Shown: one piece after another, positions 50,123 through 59,711 of the stretch
Layout of the letters: every line of letters starts with the position of its first letter
Numbering within the stretch: position 1 is the first letter of the stretch
Made by a program: the position numbers and the translations under genes
Notes under the pieces: model-generated
Seen by the model: the letters and a program-made list of their open reading frames with translations, nothing else
Databases searched by the model: none
Told to the model about the DNA's origin: nothing
From: Candidatus Woesearchaeota archaeon
Lineage (GTDB): Archaea; Nanobdellota; Nanobdellia; Woesearchaeales; WAPY01
Assembly: GCA_049700835.1 (NCBI GenBank)
Contig: JBNAUL010000001.1
Coordinates: 370,043 to 434,042 of the forward strand
Direction of reading: 5' to 3'
DNA length: 64,000 nt

Positions 50123-50795
50123 AGAAAAAAGAAAGGAAAAAAGAACAAAATACAAGAAGAAAATTTTTAAAAATTTGAATTCTATCTTGATATTCATCGT
50201 TTTGGGACTCTCCATTATTAATGCTCTGATTATAACAAAAATTATTACAAATGAAACACAAATTAGAATTCAGGATGAGAAAATAAGAAAACTATACGAG
50301 GAATCCTTAATAATAAATGATTTGGCAAACAAAAACTATTTAAAAAATTTAGAATTTCAACAAAATAGCACGATGTTTTATGAATTGTATGTTGTTCTGC
50401 AAGAAAACAATGAAACAAAAGCATACAATATTGGAAAGATTGCAAAGGAATACTCTTATTTTGGAAATGTGATAAACGATGCATTCAACTCTAAAAATAT
50501 TGTTTTTATGCTTTGCCCGACATTCAATGTTTTATCAGTTTACGAGCGCGAAAACTTTAATTTTAATCCTTCATACATCAGATACTCCTGCTCAAGAAAT
50601 GCCGAGTGGACAATGTTTATGAACGAAAGAGGAGATTTATACGATGTTTTGTTTGGAACTTATAGAGGAAATTATTTTGAAAAAGAAGAAAGTTCAGAAC
50701 AAAACTCATCATCAAAAAGATTAAACCCCATTCATTATAAAATCATGAACAGAAAAGGAGTTTTGAGTTTGGAAAACATTAAGATTTATGATTAA
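50112..50795 (+). CDS. N-terminally anchored protein (DUF3179-like, tentative)
   Basis: One TM; ETKAY...VIND...MLCP...VYER...DVLFG. Confidence 0.6.
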   Translation: MFNKEKRKEKRTKYKKKIFKNLNSILIFIVLGLSIINALIITKIITNETQIRIQDEKIRKLYEESLIINDLANKNYLKNLEFQQNSTMFYELYVVLQENNETKAYNIGKIAKEYSYFGNVINDAFNSKNIVFMLCPTFNVLSVYERENFNFNPSYIRYSCSRNAEWTMFMNERGDLYDVLFGTYRGNYFEKEESSEQNSSSKRLNPIHYKIMNRKGVLSLENIKIYD

Positions 50796-50809
50796 ATTAT
50801 AAATAAAAA

Positions 50810-52576
50810 ATGAAAAGCGCAATAAAATCTAAAATAAAATCAAAAACTCTTTGTGCAGAAAAATTTTTAATAATCATAGTAATGATAACCTTGTATGCTA
50901 ATTTTTCAAGAGCTGAGAACTATGTAAGCTATGAAAAATACCATGACTCCTTTTCATTATTAATAAATGATTTTACAATAGAAAAGCTTTCTTACAACGC
51001 AGGAAAAACAATAAAAGGAAGTTTTCAAATTTCAATTAATTCTAACAAAACAAAATCGCCAATAACAGAAGCATATGTCTACATTAGAGTTTTATACTCG
51101 ACAAACCAAGAAAACATTGCTTATTCAAACTCTTACTTAACCCTGCATTCTCTAGGAACAAAAATTATTGGACCTTTTTCGCTTAATTTGCAAGATAAAA
51201 AGAGGTTTGATTTTGAATTCAAACTACCTGAGGAAGCTCCTGCAGGTAGCTATGTTATTGCTGTTTCTTCAAAAATGAAAGATTTTGACATTGCAGGACA
51301 CAATGAAATACAAGGGCTTTGGGGCAAGTCAATAGAGTTTAAGGTAAACAACAATTTTGAGGATTATGTTCTGTTTGATGTTTATAACATAAAAGTTAAT
51401 GATAAAAAATTCAACTTTGCAACATTCACTCCTGAATTTTCGCAAGAGGAAGAAATAAACATTAACATTCCAATAAAGAACTTTGGAGATAAAAAGTCTG
51501 TTAAAGTTCATTACAAATTATTTATCTACAATGAGGAAAAACACAATCAATTAAAAGAATTAATAGCAAAAAATGAAATCGCTGATAAAAAGTTCATTGA
51601 TTATTTTAACAATGTTGATTCAAAAGAAGGAAATTATGATTTCTATATAAAAGACAACTATGACTTAGAAATTAATCTTGGGAGATTAGAACCAGGTCTT
51701 TACGCTATTAAGCTATATCTCCAAGACGAGAACAATTTCACTGAAGAACTTGTTTTCAGAATACCAATAAACGGAATTGATTCAAAAATCTTGTTCAAAA
51801 AATTGGATCATTTTCCAATAAAAAAGGATGAAAAAGTAATGATTGGAATTGGATTCTCTAATCCAAGCACAAACGCTGCCCTTATGACAAACCCGTTGTT
51901 AACATCAGAAACTTACACTGGAAATTTTGAAGAAATAGGAACTTCTTACAGGAGCAATGCAATAATTGAAATTAATTTAACATCAAATTCAGAGACAATA
52001 TTTAATAAAAAAATACCCGTAATAGTAACTCCGCTATATGAAGCAATAGAAACAGGATTTGTGACTGAAAAAGACATCACAAATGCTGAATTGAGAGTAG
52101 CAATCTATGATGATAATGGATTAAAGGACTTTAATGTATTAAGATATGATTGTAGTTTATTCCCTGCAAAAAATCTAAAAGTTGATTATGAAGTTAAAAA
52201 CAAAAAATCAGGGATAAACTTGCAAGTAAGAGCCAAAGACGAGTTTTGCGAAAAAAAAGTAGGTTCAAGTTATTTAATAATTAATGATGATGAAAGCATT
52301 GTTTATGCAGACACTTTTACAACTCCTATTTCAAAGAATTTTGCATTAAAGCCTGGAAATTATAAAATAATTATAAAAGTTGAAGAGAAATTGTTTGAAA
52401 AGAAATTTAAGATTGAAGGCAATACAAACACGATGCCTGAAGAACAAAATAACAACTCTAGCGAACATAGAGTCTCAGAAAGCATTGCATGGATTTTATT
52501 TAATTCATTAACTGTTGCACTCATAATTTTAATAATCTCATTTTTTGTTTATAGTAAAAAAAAGAAAGAAAAATAA
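50810..52576 (+). CDS. Secreted, C-terminally anchored multi-Ig-like surface protein
   Basis: Signal peptide ending SRA; repeated PxGxY motifs (PAGSY, EPGLY, KPGNY); C-terminal TM plus KKKKEK. Confidence 0.7.
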   Translation: MKSAIKSKIKSKTLCAEKFLIIIVMITLYANFSRAENYVSYEKYHDSFSLLINDFTIEKLSYNAGKTIKGSFQISINSNKTKSPITEAYVYIRVLYSTNQENIAYSNSYLTLHSLGTKIIGPFSLNLQDKKRFDFEFKLPEEAPAGSYVIAVSSKMKDFDIAGHNEIQGLWGKSIEFKVNNNFEDYVLFDVYNIKVNDKKFNFATFTPEFSQEEEININIPIKNFGDKKSVKVHYKLFIYNEEKHNQLKELIAKNEIADKKFIDYFNNVDSKEGNYDFYIKDNYDLEINLGRLEPGLYAIKLYLQDENNFTEELVFRIPINGIDSKILFKKLDHFPIKKDEKVMIGIGFSNPSTNAALMTNPLLTSETYTGNFEEIGTSYRSNAIIEINLTSNSETIFNKKIPVIVTPLYEAIETGFVTEKDITNAELRVAIYDDNGLKDFNVLRYDCSLFPAKNLKVDYEVKNKKSGINLQVRAKDEFCEKKVGSSYLIINDDESIVYADTFTTPISKNFALKPGNYKIIIKVEEKLFEKKFKIEGNTNTMPEEQNNNSSEHRVSESIAWILFNSLTVALIILIISFFVYSKKKKEK

Positions 52577-52730
52577 AGAACAAACAAATCAAAATAATTT
52601 GCAATCGCAAAATAACTTCCAAACAAACAATTAAAAATAAATTTATTAAGAATAAAACTATGAAATTAAATTGCTAATGTAGAATGATTGCAAAACAAAG
52701 ATAATAAAAAAGAAATTAAAACGAGTTAAA

Positions 52731-54518
52731 ATGAGGATAAAAAAACAAAGCAAACATAATGAAAATAACAAGAATAATAAAAATATGCATAAGATTTCGT
52801 TGTTTTTTATTCTACTTATCATTATTTTATTTTCTTTATTAATTTCAAAAGAAAGTTTTGCAGTGCATGTTGTTTTTAAAACTACATGGATGAATGCAGG
52901 AGCAGATTTAGATGCTAAGTGGGGGATTTATTTTACAGACCAAGATGATAATTTACTTAGGGACGGTTCACAATTATGCATTGGTGATAAAATCTTTGTA
53001 AGAAAAAAAGCAGTTGTTAACTGGTTCTTTACAGGAGGACAATTTAGTTGTCCAGAAGGTTACTTTATAACAAGTGGAGATATGAATAAACTTTATTGTA
53101 GTTCGCAAAGCCAGAGAAAATGTCCTGATGCTAAATGTAGGCCTGGACTACACCAATACCTTACAACTTGTCCATGGTCTGCTTTAAATCAGCAAGAACC
53201 TGTAGTTGGTGATGTTTGGTGGGATTATCTCGAAGATGCTAAGTATGGGGGTACTATTGGAACTATGAACGATTACAGTTGTTTGGGTCTTAAATTGCTA
53301 AATCATGTTATTGAAGGAAGTACTACATATGGTGGAAGTTACAAAAAACAAGTACTAAACATCATATGCAACGGAACAACTTCTTCAGGTGAGGATGTTG
53401 CTACAATATCAAAAGAGCCGATTGATACCGGGATTGAATTATTGAAAGAAGGAGATATTGTTTTAGACGCTTCTACCTACACAAGCATTAATGATAATGC
53501 TACCATTTATTGCATTTTGTGGCATGCTGTTGCAGCTAACAGCAATGATAATCAATGTTTGAGAACAGGTCAAGCAGGAATACCGCAAAACTATTTTCCA
53601 GTAACCCTTGAGCCAGAATATTCTTCAATAACAATTCATGTTATTGATCCTAATTTAAAGCTTGAGCTTAGCAATTTAAAACTTGAAAAGGATGAGGATG
53701 GAAATGCTATTTTGAGTTTTAAATTAAAAAATGTTGGAAAGAATGATGCAAAGATAAAGGATTTATTCATCTTGGACAAGGATGAGAACAAATTCAATTA
53801 TGATTTAATTCTTGGAGATTTTGAGATAAACAAGAACGAAGAAAAAGAAATTATCTTAAAAATGAAGAATAAGTTTTGCGAGTTGGCTGATAAAGAATTA
53901 TTCTTGAGCATAAAGTATTCTGGCAATCCAGAGATATATTGTCATGGGAAACCATACATTGGAAGCATAAAAGAAAGGATACCTTTGCAACAATATCCTG
54001 CTTATGACATAATTGTTGGAGTTATTAACAGCAGCATTTTAATAGGTAATTTAAGCGTTGGCGATTCAATTTTGTTTGAGAGCAATGAATTGGTTGAGCA
54101 GATAAACGAGTTTTTAAGAAATTGCAATTCAACTGAATGCATTGTTCCAATAAACATTTCAATTTCTAATGAAGCTTCTTTGTTAATAACAAATCTTAAA
54201 GTTAGTTATTCAGAATGCTTGTTGTTAAAGGAGTTAGTTGCGCACATGCTTGCTTGCTGGGAAAAATCTTCTTACGGAAAATCAAAAAAGGATTTCATGT
54301 GCTACCAACTTGCTGTTCCAAAGGAATGCGCTAATACTAAGATAACTGCAGAGGATGTTACAGAAATAATGCTCAGCAACGAGGTCTGCGATGTTCTGGG
54401 TTTCAGCAATAAAAACTGCGGGACAAAAGACCAGGTTGATTTTGAATTGAACAAAATAATGGAAGAAGGAGATAACATACTAATTGAATATAAAAATGGA
54501 AAGATAGTTGTTAGTTAA
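52731..54518 (+). CDS. Secreted Cys-rich protein ending in the locus-specific pilin C-terminal module
   Basis: Signal peptide ending SFA; Cys-rich N-terminal half; Ig-like LKNVG segment; C-terminus HMLACWEK...CY...C...CG-KDQ...NILIEY...IVVS. Confidence 0.75.
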   Translation: MRIKKQSKHNENNKNNKNMHKISLFFILLIIILFSLLISKESFAVHVVFKTTWMNAGADLDAKWGIYFTDQDDNLLRDGSQLCIGDKIFVRKKAVVNWFFTGGQFSCPEGYFITSGDMNKLYCSSQSQRKCPDAKCRPGLHQYLTTCPWSALNQQEPVVGDVWWDYLEDAKYGGTIGTMNDYSCLGLKLLNHVIEGSTTYGGSYKKQVLNIICNGTTSSGEDVATISKEPIDTGIELLKEGDIVLDASTYTSINDNATIYCILWHAVAANSNDNQCLRTGQAGIPQNYFPVTLEPEYSSITIHVIDPNLKLELSNLKLEKDEDGNAILSFKLKNVGKNDAKIKDLFILDKDENKFNYDLILGDFEINKNEEKEIILKMKNKFCELADKELFLSIKYSGNPEIYCHGKPYIGSIKERIPLQQYPAYDIIVGVINSSILIGNLSVGDSILFESNELVEQINEFLRNCNSTECIVPINISISNEASLLITNLKVSYSECLLLKELVAHMLACWEKSSYGKSKKDFMCYQLAVPKECANTKITAEDVTEIMLSNEVCDVLGFSNKNCGTKDQVDFELNKIMEEGDNILIEYKNGKIVVS

Positions 54519-54552
54519 ATTTAAAATGAATAATTTTTTGCATGCATTTTTA

Positions 54553-55038
54553 TTAACTTACATATTTTCTCTTCCAAGTTACTGTTATAAAATTTAATCC
54601 TGTTTTTTTAACATTGAATTCAATGTTTGCAACATTCTTCTTTCCAATTGCGTTTTGAACTAAATAAAAGAGGTTTGTTTTTTCTGGAACAATTATTGAA
54701 CCCATCTTAACCTCGCAGAGCTTTATTTCCTCGCAATAATCCGCTTCGTTCTCAATCTTTATGCAGAGTTTCTTGCCTTTTTCTTCAACTCCCTGCTCAT
54801 CAACAACATAAATCTTTTCTGTTCTGTAAGGAAAAATCAATTGTTTTGTCTCGCTGGCTTCTATTCCAGACAGGCACGTAGTTTCAATAATCTGTTTTAA
54901 CATTGCAAAGTTTTCTTTTGCTTGCAGTATTTCTTGGCTTCTAATGTGCTTTCCCATCAAGGTATAAGCTGTTATAAAAATCATGCTTCCAACCAATAAA
55001 CCAGCAACCAGCCACATCCAAACCTCAACAGTTTCCAT
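54553..55038 (-). CDS. Pilin-like protein
   Basis: AGGTGA RBS gives start METVEVWMWLVAG; N-terminal hydrophobic helix, amphipathic helix, then a Cys-containing beta region. Confidence 0.6.
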   Translation of the reverse strand: METVEVWMWLVAGLLVGSMIFITAYTLMGKHIRSQEILQAKENFAMLKQIIETTCLSGIEASETKQLIFPYRTEKIYVVDEQGVEEKGKKLCIKIENEADYCEEIKLCEVKMGSIIVPEKTNLFYLVQNAIGKKNVANIEFNVKKTGLNFITVTWKRKYVS

Positions 55039-55061
55039 TATTCTCACCTAAAATTTTTTGT

Positions 55062-55517
55062 TTATCTTATTTCAACTATTTTTTTATCATAATTATACAG
55101 AATGACTGCTTTCTTATCCCCTTCATAAAAAACTGTTGCGTTTAAATTATGTTTAGTAACTAATTCGTTATAGAGTTCGTCTTTTTTTGGCCCGCAGTCA
55201 TTTGGCAGAAATATTACATAGCAGGTTTCTTTTATAGTTCCTTCATCTCCGTGCTGTTTGCAAAGCTTTGCATGCTTTATTATTTCTGATTTTGCATCTT
55301 CGCAAGTAGCGTTTATTGTCCCAACATCTTTTATTAATTCCTCTTTTTGCTCGCAAGTTCCTGTGAGTTTGCATAAAAATTTTTGACTGCTTAGAAAATT
55401 TTTTGAAATTAGAATTACTACAAGCATCGTAACTATCGTTGCTATTAAAATAATAAAGATTAACTCAACAGACATTGTTAACCCAAATTTATTCTTTTTT
55501 ATTTTTTTGGTTTTCAT
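55062..55517 (-). CDS. Class III signal peptide pilin-like protein (minimal form of the shared module)
   Basis: KKNKFG|LTMSVELIFII; EIIKHAKLC...CY...P-x-x-C...ILYNYDKKIVEIR. Confidence 0.7.
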   Translation of the reverse strand: MKTKKIKKNKFGLTMSVELIFIILIATIVTMLVVILISKNFLSSQKFLCKLTGTCEQKEELIKDVGTINATCEDAKSEIIKHAKLCKQHGDEGTIKETCYVIFLPNDCGPKKDELYNELVTKHNLNATVFYEGDKKAVILYNYDKKIVEIR

Positions 55518-55544
55518 AAAAACACCTCTTTTAATACTTTTAAT

Positions 55545-55643
55545 NNNNNNNNNNNNNNNNNNNNNNNNNNNNNNNNNNNNNNNNNNNNNNNNNNNNNNNN
55601 NNNNNNNNNNNNNNNNNNNNNNNNNNNNNNNNNNNNNNNNNNN
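55545..55643. other. Assembly gap (N run)
   Basis: N run in a T-rich spacer, flanked by TTTTAAT on both sides. Confidence 0.97.
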
Positions 55644-56039
55644 NTTTTAATTGTTCAACCAAAATAAAAGACTTTTTTTCACAGATTTTTTATATTTTTA
55701 TAATTATTTTTTTATTAGTTTATATTTTCTTTAGACATTATCTGCTTGTTTTACATACTTTAATTTTAACTTTTCATTTTTTTTATATTGTATGCACGAC
55801 TTTATTATTCTTATTTTATTTCTCTTCTTTTGTTTTTTATTATCTTTTTTATCTTATTTATTTTTTTGCTTTTATTCTATTTTTCTTGCGTTTCTTATGT
55901 TTCTTATTATTAGCTTTTATTTCACTTTTTTATTTTGATTTTTTTCTCTTTCTAACTTTATTTTTTTTTCTTTATTGTCTTAGTTATTTTTTTCTTTCTT
56001 GTTTTTTGGTTTCTTGTTTTTCTGTTTCGAACTTTAAAA

Positions 56040-56501
56040 TTAAATTCCTACTCTTGGAGGATTTGCCATCAAATCATAAACATCCTTAAATAAGGGCCAA
56101 ATTATGAAAACAATAAAAAAGACAAGTATTATTATCATAAATAAGATTAGCAAAGTTCTTATGAATTTTGAATGAGGAGTTTCTTCTTTTTTTTCTTCTT
56201 TTAAATTCTTTGCTTCTTCAATAGCCCTTGGCTTTTCCAAAACAGAGTTCCCGCTTGTTGTTGCATTTTTTTGCATTTCATTTACGTCGATATTTTTCTG
56301 CGTTTCAACATTTTTAACGCTTTGATTTATTTTTTCATTTGCTATAATCTGAACAATTTCGTTAGCGCTCAATTTTTTTAGATTACCAAAGAAGTCTGTT
56401 TCGTAAACTTCATAATCATCGAGTTCTCCAAGAACTTCTTTTGCTTCTGACAAAGCATTAAATTCTTTGTAAGTTTTTGGATTCTTAATAATATAACTCA
56501 A
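56040..56501 (-). CDS. Hypothetical protein with a C-terminal TM anchor
   Basis: Soluble N-terminus, charged linker, one TM; overlaps the stop of 56498. Confidence 0.7.
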   Translation of the reverse strand: MSYIIKNPKTYKEFNALSEAKEVLGELDDYEVYETDFFGNLKKLSANEIVQIIANEKINQSVKNVETQKNIDVNEMQKNATTSGNSVLEKPRAIEEAKNLKEEKKEETPHSKFIRTLLILFMIIILVFFIVFIIWPLFKDVYDLMANPPRVGI

Positions 56502-58357
56502 CTTACAATCACCTTCTTTTCTTTTGAGTTGTATTCAATCAAAATGTTAGTTTTTCCTGATATCTTTGATATTGAAATCTGATCCTTGCTTCCGCATCCA
56601 AAATCAGAGTTTTGGATTATGTTGCACCACTTTCTGTTTATGATAATGTTAGTTATTGATTTTTCATCTATAATTTTATTAAAAGCATAATCTTTTGGTA
56701 TTGGTATTTCTTTGCACATTAAACCATAGTTTAATTTTCCTCTCTCGCTTCTCTCCCAACAGTCAATTATTTCATTCGCTATTTCAGGAAGCATGTTGTA
56801 AGATTTATAGTCTATTGTTAAATTTTTTATCTTCAATTTCACATTTTCAGCTTCAATTTCAATCTTTAAATCGCATTCTTCATCGCATTTTGTTTTGTTT
56901 AGTTCTTCAATTAAAGCATCCCTTATGTCTATTTCTTCTTCAGGTCTTGTTAAGTTCAATTCTTCAATGTTCCAATTTTTATCTCCTAATTTAATACTTA
57001 TGTTCTTTGCAGGCATCTTGTACTCAATAAGAAGTTGTTTAATTGATAATCTTCCAGGAGTTGCATTGATGATAATGTTAATCTCACATAAGTCTTCATT
57101 GCAATCATTAAGAGCTTCTTTTATTGAGGTAGTATTAAGGTTAACTGTAACTGTTTCTATTTCATCTGCATAAAATTCGGGCTCTGTGTTATTTAATAAG
57201 TAAACATTTATGTTTCTTGCAATTAAAAAAGTCTTTATTAAAAATTCTACAAGATTATTGTAAAACTTAAAGTCATTGTTATCTTTGCATTTTGACATTA
57301 AGTTGTAGTGCATAGAGTCAGAATCAAAAAACAAATTTCCATACGATGAGTCATTACTAAATGCCATCAAAGGATTGTTGCTAAAAAAAAATGCTTTTGT
57401 AATGTTAGAACTGCTTGTTTTTATTAAAGCACTGCTTCCAGAAAAACTCAGTTTTTCAGCATCCTTTAAGAAATCAAAGTCAACGCTTGAAGCTTCTGAT
57501 TTATTAATGCAAGTTTTAGTTGTTGCCTTTGAACTAAACTCAAGATTAAACTTCTTTGTTATTTTGTTTAATTCATTAAAGCAATTATTATCTGCATCTG
57601 CAATAAAGGCAATGCCATGGCCTGCTAAGTAATAAGCATAAGTAGCATTAATCTCTTCTTCAGAAAAATTTATTGGGTTGCAACCGCTTATGATTAAAAC
57701 AGCGTCATAATTTTTTAAAAACTCTGTTTTGAGCTCATTAGTGCTAATCCTTGTTTTATATTCTTGCTCAAAATTCTCAGTATAAAAACTTGTCATGTCA
57801 AAATTAGCAAGCCCTTGTGTTAAAACATAAGTGAGTACTCTTGGAATTCTTGTTTCTATTTTCAGATAAGCATTTATTAAACTTGCATTTTTTGGAATTT
57901 TGAATTTTAACTCAACAGGTTCTCCATAAAAAACAATCTGCCTTTCAGACAACTGATCAGAAAAAGTGCTTATTGTTTGTTTTGGATTTTCTATGAAAAA
58001 ACTTGCTTTCATCACTTCTGCTTCAGGACTTATTTTTATGCTTAAACTCTGCCTTTTGTTTTTCATAAAATCAAGAATAAAAGATTTTTCTCTGTTGTAA
58101 AAATTTTCCATAACGAATTCTTTTTTCTCAATAGGGTTTAGTTCCATTTTAGTATAGTTGCAAAACTCTGGCAATGATTTCACAAAAAATCCTCTAAAAG
58201 GAGTTATTATGCTACAGTACACTCTTTGAGAACTTGGCATTTTAAAGAACAATATTAAAGCAAGCACGATTGCCATAACTGTAATTACAACGGTGAACAA
58301 AAAATTCACAGGGATGTCTGCCCTCTTACAACTTCCTGCTTGCTTTACCTTTCTCAT
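56498..58357 (-). CDS. Large class III signal peptide pilin-like protein with nested inserted domains
   Basis: CKRA|DIPVNFLF; shared C-terminal Cys module; central alpha/beta domain. Confidence 0.75.
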   Translation of the reverse strand: MRKVKQAGSCKRADIPVNFLFTVVITVMAIVLALILFFKMPSSQRVYCSIITPFRGFFVKSLPEFCNYTKMELNPIEKKEFVMENFYNREKSFILDFMKNKRQSLSIKISPEAEVMKASFFIENPKQTISTFSDQLSERQIVFYGEPVELKFKIPKNASLINAYLKIETRIPRVLTYVLTQGLANFDMTSFYTENFEQEYKTRISTNELKTEFLKNYDAVLIISGCNPINFSEEEINATYAYYLAGHGIAFIADADNNCFNELNKITKKFNLEFSSKATTKTCINKSEASSVDFDFLKDAEKLSFSGSSALIKTSSSNITKAFFFSNNPLMAFSNDSSYGNLFFDSDSMHYNLMSKCKDNNDFKFYNNLVEFLIKTFLIARNINVYLLNNTEPEFYADEIETVTVNLNTTSIKEALNDCNEDLCEINIIINATPGRLSIKQLLIEYKMPAKNISIKLGDKNWNIEELNLTRPEEEIDIRDALIEELNKTKCDEECDLKIEIEAENVKLKIKNLTIDYKSYNMLPEIANEIIDCWERSERGKLNYGLMCKEIPIPKDYAFNKIIDEKSITNIIINRKWCNIIQNSDFGCGSKDQISISKISGKTNILIEYNSKEKKVIVS

Positions 58358-58368
58358 TTTAAGATTTT

Positions 58369-59247
58369 TTAACTTACTATTATTTTCTTTTTTTCAGCAT
58401 CGTATTCAATCATGATGTTTGTTCTGCTTGTTATTAACTTAAGATTGTATTCAATGTTGTCTTCTTCCCCGCAACCATAATCATTATTTCCAATTATATA
58501 GCATAAACCTTGCTCTTTTATTACTCTTGTTATTGAACTCTCGCTTGTTTTTTCATCTTCGCAAAACTTTGGAACAACTATTTGAAAACAGATTATATTT
58601 TTAGCATAAGAACCCTTTTTTGTTTTATCCCAACAGGCAAGGATGTGCGCAAGCAGTTCTTGTTCAAGAAAACACTCTTCGTAGGCAATTCTTGGATTTT
58701 TAACTAACAATGTTCCTGAAGAGGAATTCAATTCAAGGATTAAATTTGTTGCATTGCACTCCTCAAAATCGCTTTTCTTTAACATTATTTGTGATTCAAC
58801 ATTATCAATTACTTTAATGTGATTTGTTTTTTTGCAAAAACTAATGCTAAAGCTAATATTCGCTTCAGAAGAAAAATTAAGTGCGAGTTCTCTTATCTTT
58901 TCTGGTTTAATGTTAAAGGTTAAATTTTGTTTTTTAGAATCTGAAAAATTCAGCATTTTAAACATGCTGCCATCGTCAAACCTTTCTAAGAAAATTTCCT
59001 TTGGTTTTATTGTTCTTGTTTCAAAAGCACCTTCATATTTGCAGAACTGAGAATCCTGCCTAAATGTTTTTGGTATGAACACACTTGAATGAACATAAAA
59101 AACTGTTTTGCAATATATTTCCCTTGCAAATCCAGTTAGATTCCTTGAAAAAAGCGCTGTCAAAAACATTATGCTTATTACAACAATAACAACTGCAAAT
59201 ATTATCTGTATGCTTAACTCTCCATTTTTTAAATCAAAAATTCTCAT
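58369..59247 (-). CDS. Class III signal peptide pilin-like protein
   Basis: LKNG|ELSIQIIF; YC...FC pair after the TM; shared C-terminal module. Confidence 0.75.
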   Translation of the reverse strand: MRIFDLKNGELSIQIIFAVVIVVISIMFLTALFSRNLTGFAREIYCKTVFYVHSSVFIPKTFRQDSQFCKYEGAFETRTIKPKEIFLERFDDGSMFKMLNFSDSKKQNLTFNIKPEKIRELALNFSSEANISFSISFCKKTNHIKVIDNVESQIMLKKSDFEECNATNLILELNSSSGTLLVKNPRIAYEECFLEQELLAHILACWDKTKKGSYAKNIICFQIVVPKFCEDEKTSESSITRVIKEQGLCYIIGNNDYGCGEEDNIEYNLKLITSRTNIMIEYDAEKKKIIVS

Positions 59248-59311
59248 TTTAATCTTCTTAACTCCTCTTTTTTATTCAGCTTTAAACAATATTAAAAATG
59301 ATATTAAAATT

Positions 59312-59668
59312 TTAATTCAAAACCTTTATGTAGCAAACCATTTTTTTTGAATAGACTTTTAGCGTTGCATCTCCTTTGATAATCTCACTTAAATTAATTT
59401 TTGTTTTTTCATTGTTAAAATCCTCCTCCGTTATGTTATCTGATTTTAAGCTTAAATCAACAATGAAACAATCCTGGTCATAAGAACCTTTGTTTAAACA
59501 ATTCCTGCACAGATTTTCAAGTTTTGTTACAACTTCTAATTTTTCCCCAACAATCTTTTGTTCCTTATTGAGTTCTTGATTAGGCATGTGCTGTATTGCA
59601 AAAATCAAAAGCAGGATTATTATTACAATTGCAACCATTATCATCATGTATTTGAAAAGCTCATCCAT
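59312..59668 (-). CDS. Small pilin-like protein
   Basis: N-terminal TM; LENLCRNC...DCF resembles a reduced version of the shared module. Confidence 0.55.
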   Translation of the reverse strand: MDELFKYMMIMVAIVIIILLLIFAIQHMPNQELNKEQKIVGEKLEVVTKLENLCRNCLNKGSYDQDCFIVDLSLKSDNITEEDFNNEKTKINLSEIIKGDATLKVYSKKMVCYIKVLN

Positions 59669-59711
59669 TTTAATCTTCTTTTTATGGTTTTATAATCTTT
59701 TATTGTTTTTA

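Noticed and set aside
55886..56089. Hydrophobic ORF on the + strand (also 63397-63657, 6680-6901 and 45160-45348)
   Set aside because: Phe/Leu richness comes from T-rich low-complexity DNA; no RBS or promoter, and each is antisense to or overlaps better genes.
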